Shown here piece after piece: positions 58,061 to 64,000 of a stretch of 64,000 bases of DNA. The notes under the pieces are model-generated. The model worked only from the letters and a program-made list of their open reading frames with translations. It was not told where the DNA came from and made no database searches. The translations under genes and the position numbers were made by a program. This DNA is from the human T2T-CHM13v2.0 reference genome, Homo sapiens, in NCBI RefSeq assembly GCF_009914755.1, contig NC_060926.1; one strand, given 5' to 3'. Numbering within the stretch: position 1 is the stretch's first letter; each line of letters begins with the position of its first letter.

Positions 58061-61000
58061 CTCTTTCCTATTTCAACAAATCTTGCATGGTTTCCTGCAG
58101 TATGGCTTATTCAACAGTCTTGTATTTTAAAGAGGGGTTTATTTGAGAAAGGGAAGTCTATAGCTATTTTCAAAGTTTAAAGAAATTTCTACCTGCTAAC
58201 TGAGAGTATTCTCTATTAACAATGAATTATTATGCTTACTCTAGCGGTTGCTTGGTTTATAAAATGCCTTGAGCTTCCTAGAGAAATGATTCTCCTTGAA
58301 TGCAAAGTCCTTTGTATGCAATGAAATAATGACACATAGTATCTATAATTTCAGAACATATGCTTATTGTTACAAATATCTATCTTAGACATTTATATTC
58401 TAGAATTATCTCTGGCCAAAAAGATATGAAATTATTCATCTAGATAAGTTTCAGGACAGCCATCTAGGTAAAAACAGCCTTGGCTCTGGTATGTCTCTCC
58501 TAACCTTTCTCTCTCTCTCTCCTTTCTCCCTCCCTCTCCATGCCTCTACTCTGCTCCTTCTCTCTTCTCCTTTCTGGATAAAAGGTGAACTTTTGATAAA
58601 AAAGACATTAGTGTATGAATTCAAGCATCCTAGATAATATGTGTTTTAATATTTTCTTGGATTAGTTTATAAACTTAATTTTATCTGGAGCAAAATTTTT
58701 TTTCAAATTGTTGATTTGGAAGGCTTCATACCATTAGATTTCATTTTATTTACAGGCTTGTTTAAATTTAGTTGTTGATTTACTTTTGTTTTACTTTGTT
58801 TTCTCTCAGTTGGTCCTTTTCTTTGTAACTATCTTTTCTTATTTGGCAGTCTCATGTTGGCTTCTTTGTGGTCTCCAGTCCTCTGGATTCTAGTGCAAAG
58901 CTAGGTCGTAGCATCGCATTCTGAGGATCTTATCTTACTGAAATATTAGGAATATTGCAAATGCAATCCCCAAGCCAGTGGCTATCCACTTTAAGAGAAG
59001 CTTCTGAATCTAGGGGAGTGAGTGGCCAAAGGTAATTGACTCATTACCTGAAAATGGGTTGTGCCAATCTAAACTGCTACCAGCCACAGCATTTAAAAGC
59101 TGTTTTCAATTTCAAAATTGATAGGACCAAAGGCATTTTAATGAAAATTGTTTTAGTTTAAGAATAAATTGGGGTAATAAGTTGAAATCTTAAATTACTT
59201 ACATGGTTTAATATAAACTGGAGAAAGCTGCTATTCTATGTCCATTCATTTTTCTTCCCCAAAGACAATTGTCTACAATTGTCATTAACTAAAACATATT
59301 GCATTTCTTTTAGATTTTGGGGAGATCTTAAACTATATAGGCTTACCAAAGTCTATACATATAAATTCATTGCTTTACCTTCTAAACCAGAGGAGTTTGA
59401 TATGGGAGGTCTCTTCCAACTGCAACCTCAGTAGTTTTTATTTCTATAATATATATCCTGAAATTATCTGGAATTTTGAGTTAGTGAAACGGTTTCAAGT
59501 TATGATACTAAGAATATATGGCAATATATACAGCTACTGAGTCTCTTCGAGGGAAGTAGTAGATATTTTTATTCTCCAGTTATAAAACATCCCAGCTGCT
59601 TGAGCATTGAATGCTATTCTATTTTCAAAACCTTTTATATCTCAACAGTAGAATATATCCCAGTTGTTACTTCTGAATAATGACTGGGTTGGTGGTATTG
59701 AGGAGCTATAAACCGCCTTCTCTTTCTCAGCCCCTGATTTAAGAACTTGTCAGACTGAAATACAGTGGGATACTTGGATGAGAGGGGAAGCGGGAGATAC
59801 GAGTGGAGACTTTAAAGACAGAGTGGCAAAAGGCATGAAATTAGAAATTCTATATTTCATTGACCTACTGCCATACACACATTTTTCAGCTAATTCTTTG
59901 TGGTTTTAATCAATAGATTTCATTTTTACTCCCTATCTACTGCCATCCCCTTCACCATCTCACACATGTCTATTTGATTGGTAGTTTCCCTATTCAGGTA
60001 TAAATGGCAACATGATGTTCCTATTCCTTTGGTTACAATGTAGCTACTGAAATACATCCCATAAATTTCATTTTCCTGTATCTTCTTTTATGTTGTATCC
60101 AAAAATCTGTTTGTATCTGCACTCTTTTTATTTGACACGCTGGAGTGTCTTCTCCCTGTGTGTTATCAGATGGTATCTGTCAAGCTCCAAAAGCAATATG
60201 CTTTTCTTTTAAAAGTGTTACAAATGCACTTGTGGGAATGTAAAGAAGAGCCCAAGGGTTTCTGAAAGGGTGCTGACACAAACAAACACTGTCAAATGAA
60301 ACTGCACAGGACCATTTATATCTGCATCTAACCTCCAAACTTGGTGTTTTTTTTCTCCTCATCTTGAACCCAGGCTGTTCCATGGATCCTCTTTCTTCTT
60401 GAATTTTCTCTGTGGGGTGATGTCATCTCCAGGGTGATGTCCCAATATCCTGCCCTGGATCACACTGGTCATAGTGGGTGCTGCTACCTTCCCAGCCAGC
60501 CAGCCTGCATGGTGCCTCTGTCTTTGTCTCACTGAGCCTGGACTTCATAATGCAGGATAGCTTGGCCTTGTTATCCAGCCCAGACTGGGCAATTCTCCTT
60601 TGTTACCAGTTTTCTGTCTACCTTTGATTCTGCCATTCAAAGGAGGTATGGGAGGGTTTGTGCTGAATCTCTTTTATATTTCCTTGGAAGCATCTCTTTT
60701 AAAATTATGAGCAGTTCAGATTTCATAATCAAGTAGGCACTTTCACAGATACCCTCTGCTTCATATCCGTGTCATCCATTAATCCACAATTCTATATTTT
60801 GTTGAGCTACTGGCATAAAATTATTTTCAACTTTTTTGGTGAAATATTGGCTCTATAATCATTGATAGCCTATTAGCCAGCAGCTGTTCATTATTACCAT
60901 TTGTGTATTTTTTATTGACTAAACATTTGTATTTTCCAATGCCATTAATTCATTTGGTACCTCTATACTCTTGCCTTCTGGTTTTATTTGTGAATCCAAG

Positions 61001-61068
61001 ATGTTGCATCCAGGACAAGAAGAACACAATTCTCTCTCTCCATAATCTACCACTTCTATGTTACAAGA

Positions 61069-61237
61069 TGCTATTGTTTGAATGCACCCTCCAAAGTCAT
61101 GTTGAAACTTAATCCTCAATGTGACTATATTTGGAGATGGGGCCTTTAAGAGGCGATTGAATCATGAAGGCTCTACCCTCATGGATTAATGGATTAATGA
61201 CTTAACAGGTTAATGTATTAATGTGTTATCATGGGAG
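61069..61237 (+). mobile_element. MSTD-type LTR, 5' part only
   Basis: tgctattgtttgaatg...catgttgaaacttaatcc...ggattaatggattaatg...ttatcatgggag. Confidence 0.8.
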
Positions 61238-61243
61238 AAGACC

Positions 61244-61305
61244 ATGATGGTTTCCAGCTTCATCTCTGTCCCTGCAAAGGACATGAACAAAAGAGTCCTT
61301 TTTTA
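61244..61305 (-). mobile_element. Tiny L1PA ORF2-end fragment
   Basis: atgatggtttccagcttcatctctgtccctgcaaaggacatgaac closely matches the L1 text at 22131-22176 and 17196-17239. Confidence 0.8.
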
Positions 61306-62269
61306 AGGAAGAAACAATGATTGTATGTTTCTTGATTGGGCAGAGAGAATTTATCAAATGTCCCAATCAAGAGGAATCCATTCTCCTTTTGCTCTCTTCT
61401 CCTCAAGTAGTGCATGGTTGTGATCCTGAATAAGCCTGTGTGCTCTGTACATTCAGTATTTCCCTCCAGTGTGCTGGCCCAACGCCTAACCTGGGGACAG
61501 GCAGTGTTAGGAGCTTCACAGTTGACACATTTCTAAGCCACATTATCCAAAACACATTTTCTCACTAATAAGGGTAATGTTTGGTCTTCATCTACCTGGT
61601 TCCTTTTCCTTTCTCTCTTAATTAGTTCTGAACTTGGGCATGAAACAGGGGTCTCATTTCTTAGGCTATGTGAAACCACAATATCTCCTATGCATAGAAA
61701 CAGTCCAGGAAAATTCAGTGGAGATGCATCCTAAGGTTGAAAAATTTGGGATTCAAAGAGGGAAACATGGGAGTTAAGGAAGCAGGGGAATAAAGCTCTG
61801 AAACCAAGGGCCTTTCACCTGGACTCAGAGTTAGTGAGCCTTCTGAAATGCTGTGCAAAATGTTCTGTGTACAGGATGCAGAGGTTTCATCAGAATTTCA
61901 AAAAAGTTGTTTACCCTCTAGTTTAAGAAGCCCACACAGACCTTGAGTTTATCTCCTGACAATGGGAAATGTGATCCCAATGTCTCATCTTCCTCTTGCT
62001 TTGAAATGGTCTTGCTGCTCCCCTCATCATACCCTTCAAGGCCCAGCTTGAGCCACCGCCCATCCCTGGAGGAAGCCTCCTCTTCCACTCCCACCCTGCA
62101 GGGATCTCCCCCTCCTCTGGGCTCCTGGCCCCCTTGCAGAGGGTCTCCGTCTCCTGCCCTCCTCAACTAAAGTGTGAGCTTATGAGAGTGGGGCAAGCTT
62201 ATTTAATAGTTGCTATGTGTCACCCAAACTGTCTAGCATATAACAATCATTTCTGAATCACACTCAGAC

Positions 62270-62470
62270 TTGCACTGTGATTAGGTTCTATAGCCACTCT
62301 TTTGCTTGCCCTAATATGAACCCTGTAAGGGATTCATTAGATGCATTTTTCCAAAGAAGAAAGAAGCTCAGAGATATTAAGTTATTTTTCTCGGCCAAAA
62401 CTTAGGAAACAGCAGAGCCAGGATTCAAACTAATGTCTTCTGGTTCCTAGTTCACAGCTTCTTTCACTCC
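62270..62470 (-). mobile_element. MIR
   Basis: gaagctcagagatattaagt...gcagagccaggattcaaac. Confidence 0.7.
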
Positions 62471-63889
62471 ACAAGGCAACTTCCCCTAGAAAGTATTAAC
62501 CAAAACTTACGACATTAGAATTCTTCTCCAAAGGAGAAATGTCTTTGTTTAGAAACACACATGGATGGACAAGTCTGAATTTGGATCCCCTTGGTCAAGG
62601 AGGCAGGAGGAAGGGAGACCAAAAGAAAACTGGACGTTCTTGCAGAAGACACTGAAGGGAATTTTCAGTTGTGTGTGGCCTCCCAAAATGGTGACTGTCC
62701 TTTGTAAGAGGTAGGGAGGCATTAGACATAAATATGATCAGTGGAAAGTCCCCCAAGGAAGGTTTGGCAGATGGGTTTTTGAAGAACAGGAAGGTTTAAG
62801 TGTTCTATATTAAGTTGATCATCTGTGTTGTTTGTATGTGATCTCCCCCTACTCCCAGCCCAGCAGTTTAAGAAAATTTCAATACACACAGCTGTCTCAA
62901 GAGTTCAACATTGAGGAAATCAGGGAAAAGTGGTGATGTTCTATTTTGGATCAGTGGGTAGGAGAGAAGAGAATGATTGGAGTGGGAAGAGCAGGGGAGG
63001 GAGAGCTATTCAAGAGCCCAGCAAAGAGGAGGTTCAGAAGGACAAAGAGATGAAAATGAGATGCCCTGGGAATTGTTAGGCCCTGGGAATTTGCAGATGT
63101 CTTGGGGTGAACATTGAACCTCCCTAGGATGAGGACTAGAGGTTAAAGTCAATTTTGTTTAGATTCCAAAGACATTTGATTGTCAATACATTGACAGTCA
63201 CCCTCTCTACATTTTCTGAATGAAGAGCTGTGGGTGGATGATAAAGGGAATATAGTGTTTTAGGAAATAAATGGAATCTTTCAGTTTCCCAAAGGCCTTT
63301 TGTATTTGGGGGAGGGAGAGTGTCAGACAGCTGAGGATTTCTTGGTGATGACAGGAGAATTATCTGCTGCAGAGGAAACTGGATGGCATTTAAAATGCAT
63401 GGACTTTATCTGCAGGGCAGGGCTATGGAAGCACTCCATGCCTCTTAGCGAACTCTAGGCTTCTGCCTCCTTTAAAAAAATGTTCCCAGTTACAAAAGCA
63501 AGGTGACAATGCACACGTCACAATCTCTCAGACAAAACCCAATTAACTTCTCATTTGGCTGCTCATCTGAACAGCATAAATGTAAAGGTGACGGAGTGAA
63601 CAGGTGAGAGCCAAAACACAATTTTGGGGCCCAGGTGATGATCAGCAGAGCCCACAGTGCACTGACTCTGCACGTGACCCTGTACCTGTCTTGGCCCAAC
63701 AGAAACATCGAATTTAGATCCTGCATCCGCTCACAAGGGCCCTGACAAGCAAAGAACTGCAGGTCTGTTCATTGTAGGGGGAGTGATTCCTGGTGCCTCC
63801 CTGTCCCCTCATCCTCAGAAGCTGAAGTGTGAGTCTTGGTGATTTACACCGCAAGCATCAGGCACATCTGAGGGATTTGCAGTAGACAT

Positions 63890-63990
63890 TGAATTGTGGA
63901 TCTAAGTCAAGGACTGAAACACGGTCTCCCTTCAGCAACTGATGTAACTAGACCAGTGAGTTCTCATTCCCTTTGAGACTAATCATGCTG
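63890..63990 (+). mobile_element. MIR fragment
   Basis: aagtcaaggactg...ttctcattcccttt; degenerate. Confidence 0.45.
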
Positions 63991-64000
63991 CTGGTTCCAC

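Noticed and set aside
58780-58815. Strong-looking polypyrimidine tract with CAG acceptor
   Set aside because: No convincing downstream donor or ORF; cannot be supported without transcript data

Overview
Primate (hominoid, most likely human) non-coding DNA. I found no host protein-coding exon, RNA gene or CRISPR array that I can support; the only real protein homologies in the ORF track are LINE-1 ORF1p, ORF2p and ORF0, plus a degenerate MULE transposase. The left ~29 kb is a nested, almost entirely minus-strand LINE-1 cluster: a full-length but frameshifted L1PA2/L1PA3 (1538-7546, TSD-bounded), a full-length L1PA15-type element interrupted by a THE1C provirus, old L1M/L1MA elements with younger L1PA and Alu insertions, and a Ricksha-type MULE DNA transposon. 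The right ~35 kb mixes unique sequence with MIR/L2, MaLR solo LTRs, DNA transposons and Alus. I see no evidence for a new gene system. The notable signals are genome-mechanics footprints: (1) an apparent ~0.85-kb L1PA7/8 3' transduction bounded by a 16-bp TSD; (2) a ~190-bp inverted duplication with a 117/118-identical core inside ancient L1 sequence, a candidate gene-conversion/inversion site; (3) a 51-bp templated insertion with a 12-bp flanking duplication; (4) several fold-back palindromic insertions and microhomology deletions; (5) a twin-primed L1MA; (6) a 14-19-nt Alu stub. Subfamily names come from my recall of consensus sequences, and boundaries of old repeats are approximate; both need RepeatMasker/Dfam confirmation.
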